64,000 bases of DNA from Gnetum montanum (lineage: Eukaryota > Plantae > Gnetophyta). Below are positions 25,250-37,699 of this stretch, piece after piece (position 1 is the stretch's first letter; each line of letters opens with the position of its first letter). The stretch spans positions 73,911 through 137,910 of the forward strand of contig MNCI01000001.1 of NCBI GenBank assembly GCA_015680685.1, in the 5' to 3' direction. Made by a program: the position numbers and the translations under genes. Below the pieces are notes generated by a model. It saw nothing but the letters and a program-made list of their open reading frames with translations, made no database searches and was not told the origin of the DNA.

Positions 25250-26950
25250 TGTTAGAGATTTGATATGTGTGGTGATCCTTCTTCACTCATGATCTTGGTT
25301 CATAGGTTTGTTACTCCTTATATTCTTCATGAATATAAAATGAGTCAACCTATAAGATTTTCTCATCAAGTATTATAATTCTTCATACATCACACTTCTT
25401 CTTAAGTGAATCAAAAAAATTGTAGCCACTTGTATTAGAATCATATCCAAGAAAGATACACTTCATACCTCTATCATATAGCCTCTTCAAAAGAGCATTG
25501 GGGATCTACACATGGCATCCACATAAAAATGCTTTGAGATGAGAGAGATTTTTATTTTAACATATACAAAATGATAATAAGTTCAAACCTATTAGAGATG
25601 TGATAAATCTATTAAAGATATAGACAGCCATGTGAACTACCTCATTCTAATAGAAATTAGAAATGAAGACATGCTTAAAAAAACATCTACACATTTCTTG
25701 GATCATACCATTCTTTCTCTTACAACATTCATTACTTTGTGGTTCATACTCACATGTAATTTACTTTGAGATGTTATGTTTTTTTAAAAAATTTATTAAA
25801 GTGCTCATTACAGATTCACCTTCTCTATCAATTCTTATGGATCTGATCTTTAAGACAATCATATTTTCCACCAATTTCTTCAAACTTTGAAAGACTCCAA
25901 ACACTTAATCTTTGGAATAGAGGATGTTGCTCCATGTGTACATGGAAAAATCATAAATAATCATCAAAAAATATTTACCTCATCCATGAGAAATGGTATG
26001 TATTGAATCCATAACATCCATGTGGATAAGTTTCAAAGGGTCAATCTTTCTCTTATTTATATTGAAATGTTGAAGTAACTTTTGTTTGTCCTTTTGACAT
26101 GTGTCATACCTTTAATGAGGTGCATTATGAAACTTGACTCCAATGACTATTTGATTTTTGATGAGATCAAGAAGGTTGGAATAGGAGGCATGACCAAGCC
26201 TTCAATATCATAATCTTATCATGTAATGCTTTAAAAGCTCTTGATAGAGAATTAAATGAATAGAATGCATTACTCTAATATAATAAGTACGATTTTCCAA
26301 CATGGAAATCTTTGCAACTAGATCATGATTATTAGAATGATGCATTCATCATTCTCAAAGATAATATTGTTACCTTTTTTATACATTTATTCAAGTAAAA
26401 GGAAAGAATTGGATTATTGAGAAACATAAAAAATATCATGAACTTGGATGGGATGACCATTATTAAGAACAATTTAACATTTAATAATTTCTTAGATTTT
26501 TAAATAAGCCCCACTACCTAATTTAATTGATTTAAGACTCTTATCATCCTTAAAGTATATAAAAAATATTTATTCATGTAGAGGGACCAATTTCTTTAGT
26601 CATGTAGAGAGTAGTAAAACTAGTATTAGAGTCATCACCTACTTTTACTTTTGTCTTGGGTTGATGGAAAATCTCCTCCTTGTTGTGCTTAATTATTACC
26701 TTCTTGAATGGTGTGCTTTGAAAATATTATTTTTTGCTAACCTTTTTTCTTCATGTGATCTTATTGTTGTAATATTTGCATCATGGAACTAATCAAAATG
26801 TGCAAAGATGTTTCTCCTTGGTTGGAAATTGAATCTTGCATATTCCCTTATTTATTTTGGACCTATTTATCTACCTTTGAAATTTGATAGCTTACTCTAT
26901 TAAGATAATGCTTTATTTATTTGGAAATTTGTACTTCCTATTCTTCTTCT
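25250..26950 (-). pseudogene. pol: Ty1/copia gag-end, protease and integrase relic
   Basis: Minus-strand motifs RLGHAS (~26190), LIHMDVMD (~26020) and GMKCIFLGY...GY (~25450). Confidence 0.8.
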
Positions 26951-26959
26951 TATCAATTA

Positions 26960-28290
26960 TGTATGTAATAGAAGAAGATCCTTGAGATACATTAACGAAA
27001 AAAGTTTTAGCTTCAAAATTCACTAGAAAATTCATGAAAAGATGACCATGAATCTAGAAGAGATTCTAGTATTACAACATGAGTCATGGTGAGGCTGAAA
27101 CATAAATAAATTTGAAAAATGAGAATACCATGAGTTGTGGTATTACAACAGGAGTTTTTGGTTAGAGACTAGGACTCAACCATGAGTCATGATTAGAGAT
27201 CATGAGTTAATCATGATTTGTGGTTAAGATAAAGGATTTATAAAGATAGAAATAAGATTGTAATAGTAAAAGATAAAATTGTAAGTCATGGTCTAAGGTC
27301 ATGAGTTGTTCACTGATCATGATCTTTATGCACTTTAATCATGATTGCACCATGGGCTATGATGGTTAATCATAAGTATATTATGACTTGTGATTGATAA
27401 CATGAGTGGATCATGAGTGCTGATATTATTTAATTTTAATTAAGATTGTACCATAAGTTTTGTTAAGGTCATGACAATACATGTAATATAGAAACATTGA
27501 ACTTTGGCTATGATTTCTTCAAAGATTCAAAACAACAAACTTCCAAACTATGAAAATATTGAAAGCTAGACTCCATATGGGAAAAATCTTGGCCTTAAAC
27601 TAATGAAAGTATTGAAAAATGACTTTAAAATAGAAACTTTAAGTCAACTTCATCAAACCATTAAAACTAAAAAAATTGTAAACGTATGTAACTTTTACCA
27701 CTTTGAGAATTGAGAAAGTAGATGAGGACATGCAAAAGAACTAGAAACTTGATAATTTAACTTAGAAATGAGATTAATTTTTTAACATATGATAAAATAT
27801 GGACATGAGAATAAATTGAGGCTAAATAAAAATACATTGTGATCAAAACATTCTAGGAGAAAAAGAAGGAGAAAAATATCCTTGAGAGATTTTAGTAGAG
27901 TAAAGAATGAATTAATACCTATAAATTTTAAAAAAATTGATGCCTTTCTCTTAGGATTTCCAAAAATAACTAAAGTATGCTTTGTATAAGTATGAGAGCA
28001 TCCATGCATGCCCACTATTTCTCTCATCATCAATCCACTCCAAGAGCATCTCTTTGTACACATGAGCATGTTTCATATGAGTACAACTCCCACTATGACA
28101 CCTTACTTCAATAACTTCACTAATTTGTATACATGTATATGGGTGTGCACATTATTTTAAAAAATTCAATTTGAAAATATAAAAAAAATAACTAACATGA
28201 ACTTCAACATACATAAGGTGCATAACCTATGAACTTCAAACACAAGTAAAGAACATGAATACATAAATACACTAGATAATTTCTAATAAT
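26960..28290 (-). repeat. Copia post-RNase H (3'-UTR-like) repeat, copy A
   Basis: Direct repeat of 31875-33190 (shared CAACTCCCACTATGACACCT, AGAGCATCTCTTTGTA, CTAGATAATTTC). Starts at the RNase H stop. Confidence 0.85.
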
Positions 28291-31200
28291 ATCTTCTTTA
28301 GAGTACAATGTGTAGAGTGGTATTCATCCTAAATCATGCTAATGATTTGCAAAAAGTAGCCAATTATAAATTATTGATGTAACTTGATGAATAAATCAAT
28401 AATTTAATCATTGGTAGAGATAGGCTTGGACAAGTTGTTACCTTCCTTCAATTCAATTGATGAAATAGAATTTGCTATCTATATAGTTGAACCTTTTACA
28501 CATAACATGCTCTTTGAAAAGTTGAATCATTGATGTGTTATCAATGTAGATCTCAAGGCAAAAATCAACATAATAGCCCAATTGATTGATGAGCTTCTTC
28601 AACCAAATAATGTACTAAATAAAAGAAGCCAACCATATATTTTGCTTTACATGATGAGAGTATAATTGAAGTTTGTTTTTTCTTTTTTAATAAATGGAAT
28701 TGATCCCATGAAAGATTATGGGTTTACTTATAGACTTCCTTTCTTCTTCATCTTATTGATAATTAGCATCACTATAATCATGAAAATTACATCATATTTT
28801 ACAAAATTTATGAAGTAGTCAAGGGTGATCTTGACATATCTCATCATATGCTTTAAGGCATTCATGTGTACTTGCCTTGTTTCTTGCACAAATATTGATA
28901 ATTATGACATTAAAAACTATAAATTAGGCATTGAGTAATAAAGATATTTGAAGAATCTAAACATGGATATATAAAGAGAGGTCTTAACAAATGGATTATC
29001 TTCTTTTCTTATGAGTTTACAATGTAAAGGGTGAAAAGTGGATGTTTCTCTTCCATCATTTAAGCCATATTTTTCAACTATGACTTTAGTATATGCACAT
29101 TGATGCATCTTTCATCTTCATCTACTTGAATACCTAGAAAAATTTTTAGGATTCTAAGGTTCTTCATCTCAAATTCATTTTTCATGTCTTTTCTAAAGTC
29201 TAAAATCATTTTTTAGAAGTTGATAGAAAGACTACATCATCAGCATAAAGGAAAATCATGATTACATGATCATCAACATGTTTGAAATAAAGGGTATGAT
29301 ACAACATAAAAGCCTTGTAATAATTTTTAAGGAAAAACTTATGGATTCTATGGAAACAAGCTTTTGGTTCTTCCTTGAAACCATAGAGGGCTTTGTGAAA
29401 CTTGCGAATATTATCCCCTTATTCTTGAACTTGTAATACTTAAGGCTATAAAATATAGATATCCTCTTCTACTGTGCCATTTAAAAAAGTAGAATTTACA
29501 TCAATTTGGTTCAATTTTGCATTGAGATGGACAATAATAAAAGTCATTAACTTAATGGTTTTAAACCTAGTAACAGAGGCATAAATATCCTCATAATCTA
29601 TGTACTTTATTTGCCTAAAATACTTTGTAATTGGATTTTATTTATGAGTAATAACATATTTGCTTTTATCAAATTTAGTTTTAAATGCCAACTTTGTATC
29701 AATTACTTTCTTCTTTTTAGGTTTATCTATTAAAGAACAAGTGTTATTTTTCATTATAGCATCATATTTCTTTCTCATAGAAATTTCCCATACCTAATCT
29801 TGTAGGGATTTTTGGAAATTAGGAGAAGTGATTAACCTAATCAAAATGTAGGTGGATATGGCTACAACCTCATTCTAAAATGCATTAGGAATATTAGCAT
29901 GCTTCAAAATACATCTATTCATTTCTTGTAAAACACCATTTTTCCTTTAAAAAATGACATTTTTTTGAGGTTCATAGCCATAGGTAGTCTATTTATCAAT
30001 ACCATGACTTTCACAAACTCCATCAAAATTATTACTCACAAATTCACCCCTTCTTTCACTTCTAATGCTTGTGAATTTACAATCAATTCTATTTTCTAAC
30101 AAATTCTTAAAATTTTGAAAATCTCTCAATGTCTCATCTTTATCATACAAAATATCTATTCATGTATATCTAGAAAAATCATCAACTATCATTAAAAAAA
30201 TATTTACATCCATTTCATGAAATAGTAGGCATTGGGCCTACAACATTCATATGCAACAACTCAAAAGGCTTTGAAAATATTTTCTCATGGTTGAAATGTG
30301 ATAGAGCTTCTTACTTTCCAAAAATGCATGCTTTGCATACTTCTTGTAGTACTTCTAGAAATTTCATCCTAATGGTAGCTTGATTCTTCACCAAATTTTG
30401 AAGATTTGAGTAGGATTCATGTCCAAGCCTCTAATGCCAAAGTCTAGCAGCAAAAAAGTTTGTAGAACTTATACTTTCTTTGATTGAATGAGCAATCCAA
30501 GATACTAGATTTGATTTTCCATCATGGACATCTTGGAAACAATTTCAAACTCATTGGAAATTACACATTCATTATTATCAAATGTAGTCCTATTACCTTT
30601 CTTAGATATTTTACCAAAAGAGAGAAAAGTGTTTAGACAATTTTGGTATAGAAAAAATAGCATGAATAAGAATGGTAGTGCAATTATCAAGCTTAATTAG
30701 GCATATACCTATATGTTAAAGTTTACAAAATGTATCATATCCTACTTTAATAGATCCAAGGTTTGAAGACTCAATATAATAAATAAAAATCTTCTTATTA
30801 GGAGTCATGTGATTGGAAAAACCATTTTATACAATTTATGTATGACAATTAATTTATTTACATGAGAAACAAATAACAAAATTAGCTTTTGTACCTTCAA
30901 CTAGTTCTTTTCCTTTATCTTGGGCTAATAAAGAAGACTCTCCCTTGCCTTGATTGTTATCTTGAACTATGTTATTTTGGATTTTTAGGTTACTTCAACC
31001 TATCTTTAGTATGTCCCCTCTTGTTGTAGTACTTGCAAACTTATTGTTTTCTTTTTAAGAGCTTGATTTACCTCTTTCTCTTTCAAATCTATCTCTACCT
31101 TTAGAGTTTTAAAAATTCTAGTTCTATTTTATATTATTTTGAATGGCATTCTTTTCTCTACCTCTACCTCTTCTATCTTGATCAATATATCTTTGGGGAG

Positions 31201-31851
31201 GTCTAGGTAACATAAGCATTGCCATTTTGAAAACTAAAGATTTTTGGCTCTTCTAGGACTCTCATACTAGATACCAACTAATAAATAGTGTAGGAGGAGT
31301 AATCTTTTGTTTAAACTATGATAACTTGAATGTTTTGATATCTATAGTTAGCATACAAGAATTTAAAAACCTTTTAGAGTTCTTTTCTCATGGAATAATC
31401 ACACTAGTACTTTTCTAAATTTTTTAACAATAAAAAATCAATCAAAAAAATGATTCATGGAGTCACCCTTATGCATCTTTAAATTATCAATGTTAGATAT
31501 AAGTTTTAGCTTCTTGAGTAGCCAGGTTACTACATCTTCTTCGAACTCTTCCTACAATACCTTTCAACATTACTTATATGTCTTCTTAACTATGATCCTA
31601 ATACTAATTAATTTAAATAAAGATGTATAAATAATTATTTTGTTAAGAGAATCTCACTTTTGGATGGTCTTCAATTCCTTATTTTCTTATGTTGTTAAAG
31701 TTTTAATGTTAGTAGGAATTGCAAAGATAATTTTAACATATGTCCAAACTTCATTGATTTGTAATAAAAATTTCATGAGGTAACTCCAAAATGTAAAATA
31801 TTTAGAACCATTAAAAATAAAGGAATACCTATAAATTTTATTAGTTGTCAT
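28270..31851 (-). pseudogene. pol: Ty1/copia gag-PR-INT-RT-RNase H relic with the integrase C-terminus deleted
   Basis: gag FNGSKYFTFW...M...L....VWTYV (31687-31941), LWH*RLG (~30430), LLHMNVVGP (~30245), RT DVNSTFLNG (~29490), LYGF (~29380), LYADDVVF (~29240). Domain order is copia-type. Confidence 0.88.
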
Positions 31852-31874
31852 GTTAAACTGATGCTTTAATATCA

Positions 31875-33190
31875 CTATCAAAGATTTGTGCAATGGAAGA
31901 AGGTTCCAAAAATGCATTAATGATAAAATTTTTAGTTCCAAGCTCCATCAGAAAAGTTACCATAAGTTCACCATGAGCCAAGAGAGATCATGATATTACA
32001 ATATGAGTCTTGACCAGAGATCATGAGTGAACCACAAATTATTAATGAAGACAATGAGCTAATCATGAGTCATTATTGAGATAAAATGAATGAGCAAAGC
32101 ATGAGCCATTATTGAGATAAAATGAATTATTAAACTTAGAGATAAGGTCATGGTAGCAAAACATGTATGCAAGTATTGATCATGAGTTGTAATCTAAGAC
32201 CATAAGGTAGCCATAAGTTATGATATTTATCCACTTCAGCCACATGTGCATAATGTGTTATGGTGATTAATCATCAGTGAATCAAAAGTCCTAATTTATA
32301 AACATATGTAAATCATGAGTTGTGGTGAGATCGTGGTGATGAAAGTAGCATAGAAGTCGCAAAATTCAGCTAGGATTTCTTCAAAGATTTAAATGAATGA
32401 ACTTTCAACCTATAGAAAGATGAAACCTACATCTTTATATGGATAATACTTAGGTCTCAAAATAATCTAAACACTTAGAAATCAATTTAAATAGTAATTT
32501 TAAATCAACTTTGGCAAACCATTAATATTAAATTTTTTTTGAAATTATGAAACTTTTACTATTTTGAGAACTAAGGAAATGGATTAAGAACATGTAAAAC
32601 AACTAAGAACTTGAGAACTTAAATGAGAAATGAGATCAAAGATAAGAAATAAGATTAATTTTAGAACATGAGAGAAAATTGAGATTAAATAAAAATAACT
32701 TAGGATAAAACATTATAAACATAAGAATAAGAAAGAGAAAAATGCTCTTGAAACATGTTAATTAAGCACAAATGAAAATGAACATAAAAAATGTTTAGAA
32801 AATAGATACTTATATCTTGATATTTTAAGCATAAAATGGAGGATAATTTATGTAAGTATGAGAAAGTGATGATGCATGACCAATGTTACTCTTATCATCA
32901 TTTCACTCCTAGAGCATCTCTTTGTATGTTTCATACTTCATGACTTCACTAATAACTGATGGGCATATTTCATACCACTACAACTCCCACTATGACACCT
33001 CACTCCACTAGCTTTACTACTTTATGCACATGCACATGGATGTGCATATTATTTTATAAAATCTATTTTAAAAAGAATAAAATGATTAACTAACTTGATC
33101 TTCAACATACAGAAGGTACATAACATATAAAATTTAATACATATCAAAAGAATGTAGAATACATAGGCATCCTAGATAATTTCCAATACT
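31875..33190 (-). repeat. Copia post-RNase H (3'-UTR-like) repeat, copy B
   Basis: Direct repeat of 26960-28290. Confidence 0.85.
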
Positions 33191-33199
33191 TCTTCCTTG

Positions 33200-33849
33200 G
33201 TTTCTACCTCTTAAAGAAATTTGAGAAACATAGGTAGTATCTTGTCTTAATGATGAAGATTTTTTCAAGTTGTGAAGAGCTCTTAAACTTAATAAAGTTC
33301 ATCTAAAGTATAAGTGGCGAGGTCTTTGGTTTGGATTATGGTTTTCACAACATTGACATATCTATAGTCCCCATAAAATAGAGTAATGAATTTTTTCACC
33401 TTTTATTTCATCGAGTAATTATAGTTATACTCAACATTTATAAGACATAGAATGTACCTTTGAAGGAAATGCTCAAGGAGATCACCTTTATGGATTTTCA
33501 TATTTTCAAATTCTATAATCACTTTTAGCTTTTTAAACTTTCTATTGGTCTTATTGGTCTTATACTCATTGTTTAGGGCATCCCAACATTTTTTGGAGGT
33601 GTTTTTAGTTATAATTATAGTCCCAATGGCCTCACTATAACTTGTACTTATTATCATATTAGCCAATGAATATAACTTAGTATATTTTAGTAGCTTCCTT
33701 CTTTGCTCTCTTGTTAGAGCATGGAAATTTAGAGTAATTACAAGTCCATTTTCTTCATAACCACTACATAACCAAGATTGTTTTGCTTCATAAAAAGTAC
33801 TGTAATTATTGTAATTAGACCCAAAAGGGTATGCTGTACTAATAGACAT
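33200..33849 (-). pseudogene. gag: Ty1/copia gag N-terminal relic
   Basis: ORF 33403-33849: NYNNYSTF...TSKKCWDALNNEY...FENMKIHKGDLLEHFLQR (UBN2/copia gag pattern). Confidence 0.8.
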
Positions 33850-34351
33850 ATCTATTGGTGTGACCTTTGGGGGTTTGACCTAAGGTATCTTTACCTAGAC
33901 ATTAGAGGTTATATCAACATTAAGTTATGAAGTTTGAAAAGGAAAATAATAGGTGTTAGGTGAAGTGGAACAAGAATGTGACTAGCCATCCCTTTTGACC
34001 AATGCTAGCCTAAGTATGATGGTAGTGTTGGATAGAATTTAAGGGATAGATACCAAAGAAAGATAGATCTATTGAATCCTCAAAGCATGATCTACATACA
34101 TTATGCCATATCAATAAAGCATTCCTTTCATTTTTCTTTTGCATTTTCCATAATATTTTCTTTATGAATAATGTTGAATGTAATGAATATTTGACATTTT
34201 CCATGGCATCTAGGAATAGGATGTCACAAGACCTCATTAAATACTTGACCAAATGAAACTAATAATAAAAGTCTTAAGATCAATAAAACATAGTAAAACA
34301 CTTAATAAGATCTATGGATGGCATTTCTTTGCCATCTTCGCAACAAATTAT

Positions 34352-35780
34352 CAACTTTGATACTACTTGTTAAAGATTGGAAGTAGAGTAAGATCCCTCT
34401 AATTATGTTGTAGCAGAACATTAAGCTTTGTTAAAGTTTATTTATGCCATCACAAGTTGTTCATGAGTGTTTAGAAGATTATGGTCTTTTATCATAGGTC
34501 GTGATGGTTAACCACATAGCATAGTTATGTTGTGCTATTTTACCACAAGTTCATAATCAATTATGATCTCTTAGAAATAGAGAAAAATAAACTATTTACA
34601 AATTACAAACTAATCATGAGTCATAGTTAGGTTGTGATAAATATTCTAGCCTTTATGGTACCTCTTATACTGTAAATTATCTTATGAGGGGATCTTGAGT
34701 CATGTACGTATTGTAAAAATATACCATGAGTCTTTGTAAGGTTGTGGTCATCTATAAATATCTTTATATTCACCATGAGTCATGGTGAAGACATGGTTCT
34801 ATAGGAAATAGAACAACATTAAAAAGAAATTGTGAAGGTAATTTGAGCAAACATAAGACTCAACACTTGGGAATAAATACTAGAAACATGTTATACAACC
34901 TGTAGACATGGTAAGATAGAATTGAATTAGGAGATAAATATCAATTAAGCCTTGCATTCAACATATGTATGCAAAATGTAAAAAACCAACATAAACATAC
35001 ATACACTGTTGAATCCACACTTAAGTAAATCTAGTTACTTTTACAATAATGATAGAAACATGAGGAAGAACTCTTACACATTAGAGGAGCTTGTAAAAAT
35101 TACATACAAAGAAATTTATATACTTTTATATGAAATTAACATGAAAGTGACTATAACCCTTCATCATAAACATGAAAAAAGAGAGAAATTAGCTTGAATC
35201 TATATATGGAAAGTGAATTTTTTGAACTAGAAGATAAAAATACATCTAAATTCTTCGGTTCTTCATTATTAACATGAGGAAACATACATTTAACTTTAGA
35301 AAATTGAGAGAACATAAAATTAAAACCTGCATGCAAGAAACAAGTGAGAATGCATATATTGTATGAAATTATAAGAGAAATGATAATAAGAATTTGGGCA
35401 TGAAGGGGATTCAATTCTTTAATTAAGAAAGCCATTTTTCAAGAATATAAGAAAAGAAAAGAAATAAACCTAACAGGGCTTCCCCAAACATACAAAGCTT
35501 GCATAGGAATACTCAAGAGCTAATGGAAGGAAGAGCTTCTATTTACTTCAAGTAAAAATGCAACGTAAGGTATAATGGGAGGTTCATTTATACTTTTTTA
35601 TGGAGGATTTTTCCTCTTGAAACATTGGTGAAACATGAAAGCTCTTATCTCATTCTTTCTATTTTAGCAATTTACTCAATCCCTAATCTTTTAAGATACT
35701 TTTTCTTCATACAAATATAATTATGAATTCTAATACATTAAAGTAAACATGCTAATATTAAATTGATTACTTCTTCTACT
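34352..35780 (-). repeat. Degenerate iMet PBS plus a probable upstream LTR remnant
   Basis: Plus strand ACTTTGATACTACTTGTT (~34354-34370) resembles GCTCTGATACCA.TTGTT, followed by CATGA-type repeats. Far boundary uncertain. Confidence 0.4.
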
Positions 35781-37500
35781 TACTATACTCAATATCAAAG
35801 GAAATGTAAATGGAGGAGTTAGGAGACATACATTCATACTATTTCTAATAAGTGTAATAATGTTATTAAAAAAAAGACAAAGATTTCCATTCATGTTGTT
35901 GAAAAGTAAAAGGTACTTCTTCTAATTTATCAAAGTCATTTTCTGATATATTAAAGTCTCCACAAATCAACTAGATAGCATCAAGAATACCATTTTTAAT
36001 TTGAGATTAATGAAAAGATCTTTCTTTGGAATCACATAAAACATATATACCATAGATACTAGAAATTATACCAAAAACATTTAAGTAAATCCAAAAATAT
36101 TTCTCTAAAATAGAACTATAATTAATGATTCAAGTAGAATATTTTTTAGTAATACAAAGAAGAACACTACCTCTTCCAGCTTCATGATTTGTAAAAAGTA
36201 TACTCTTTAAGTATAATAAAATTACTTACCAAATTCAAATTAAAATAACCTATTTTAACTTCTTAAAGATACAAAAAATCAAATTTTTTATAATGACTTT
36301 GGATAACTACTTGTTGCTGAGGTTAAAAAAATCCATGAACATGCAAAAACATGAACTTTATAAGGGTACAATGCCAACTTAGTTTTTTATTCAATATTCA
36401 TAACAAAATAAAAGAAATTAAGTTATGAAAACTTAGAAACAATTAGATTATAACTTTTATGAGTAATGTTCTTTAGAGTTCTTAAGCTTTTATGATTTAA
36501 GATTGCTACATATGATGTCTTACTTTCTTTTTTGGAGGTATGAAAACCTCTTGAAATTACTGTATTATTTTTAGAAACTTAAAGTATTTTTTGGATAGCA
36601 GAATTTGAAGGTGGTACCTTTTCTCTCTATTTATCTTTTTTCTTGATATTATCTTCTTTTTATTCATCTTCTTGAGGATTCATTTACTTTTCTATGAGTT
36701 CATCTAAAGAATTATCAATCATCTTTTTATAAGTTTTCAAAAGTATCTTATGCTAATTTTTCTTTATTATTTTTTGGTGATTGGTTTGGGATAGTTAAAA
36801 ACCTTATGAGATGACTAATGGTAATAAAAAACATGTATTAGAAATGGTACAGTAAGAAATGTTTTGTTCCAAAATTTTTCTATGTATGATAGCTGAATAA
36901 AAGATAAATTTCATTACTTAAATCTAGTTCTACATAAATTCTTTAAGGTGGTTATGTATTAAAATATATTTTGTAAAAATAGTAATTTTGAAATCATACT
37001 AGAAACATCTATGATTTAAGGGTGTATAGGGAGAATGAGTGAAGATAGTTGTCTATAGAAATATTAGGGAAGTTAATCTATTAGAGCAAATTCATGACTT
37101 CTCTCCTCACATAATTTAGATAACGTGCTTTAGGAGGTTGTTGATCTTTGATTCTACTAGGACATGAATACATCAAAATAGATTCTACTACTATGAATGA
37201 GCTAATCATGATTAAATCTATGTTAACAATAAAATACCTCAAGGAAAATGTTGTCTTGTATTTAAATAATGACTATCTTTGTTACATGTTCCTCAACATA
37301 GCAATGGAAATCAAAAGCTTTTTACTTCAAATTTTACATAGCTATGATACTAATTAAAGAGGTGTTATGGAATATGTCATTCTTTAATTTTGAGCTCTCT
37401 ACTAGCAAACTTTCTGAACTGAAATCACAAAAGAGTCACTAAATAGAGAAATAATCTCAAAATGAAGAATTATTTATAAAGCTAAAAATTGTACAAAAGA
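35780..37500 (-). pseudogene. L1 LINE 5' part: endonuclease domain and probable ORF1 remnant
   Basis: Minus strand FDFLYL*EV (D.L.LQET, ~36270), *LICGDFN (~35960) and PFTF (FTW, ~35805). Confidence 0.65.
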
Positions 37501-37699
37501 TGACAATAATTCTACATCAAACTAATTTAGAACTAACACTTATATAAGCTATCACATTTAACTAGGATAATGAAAATAACCTAAACCTCATCTTTTAGAG
37601 AAAATAACTTATTCTGAAACCTATCATGTACTTACACATAGCTATGCATAATTAAGGTAAACAAATAAGAAAAGCTATGTAACTTTAATAAAAATTGAG

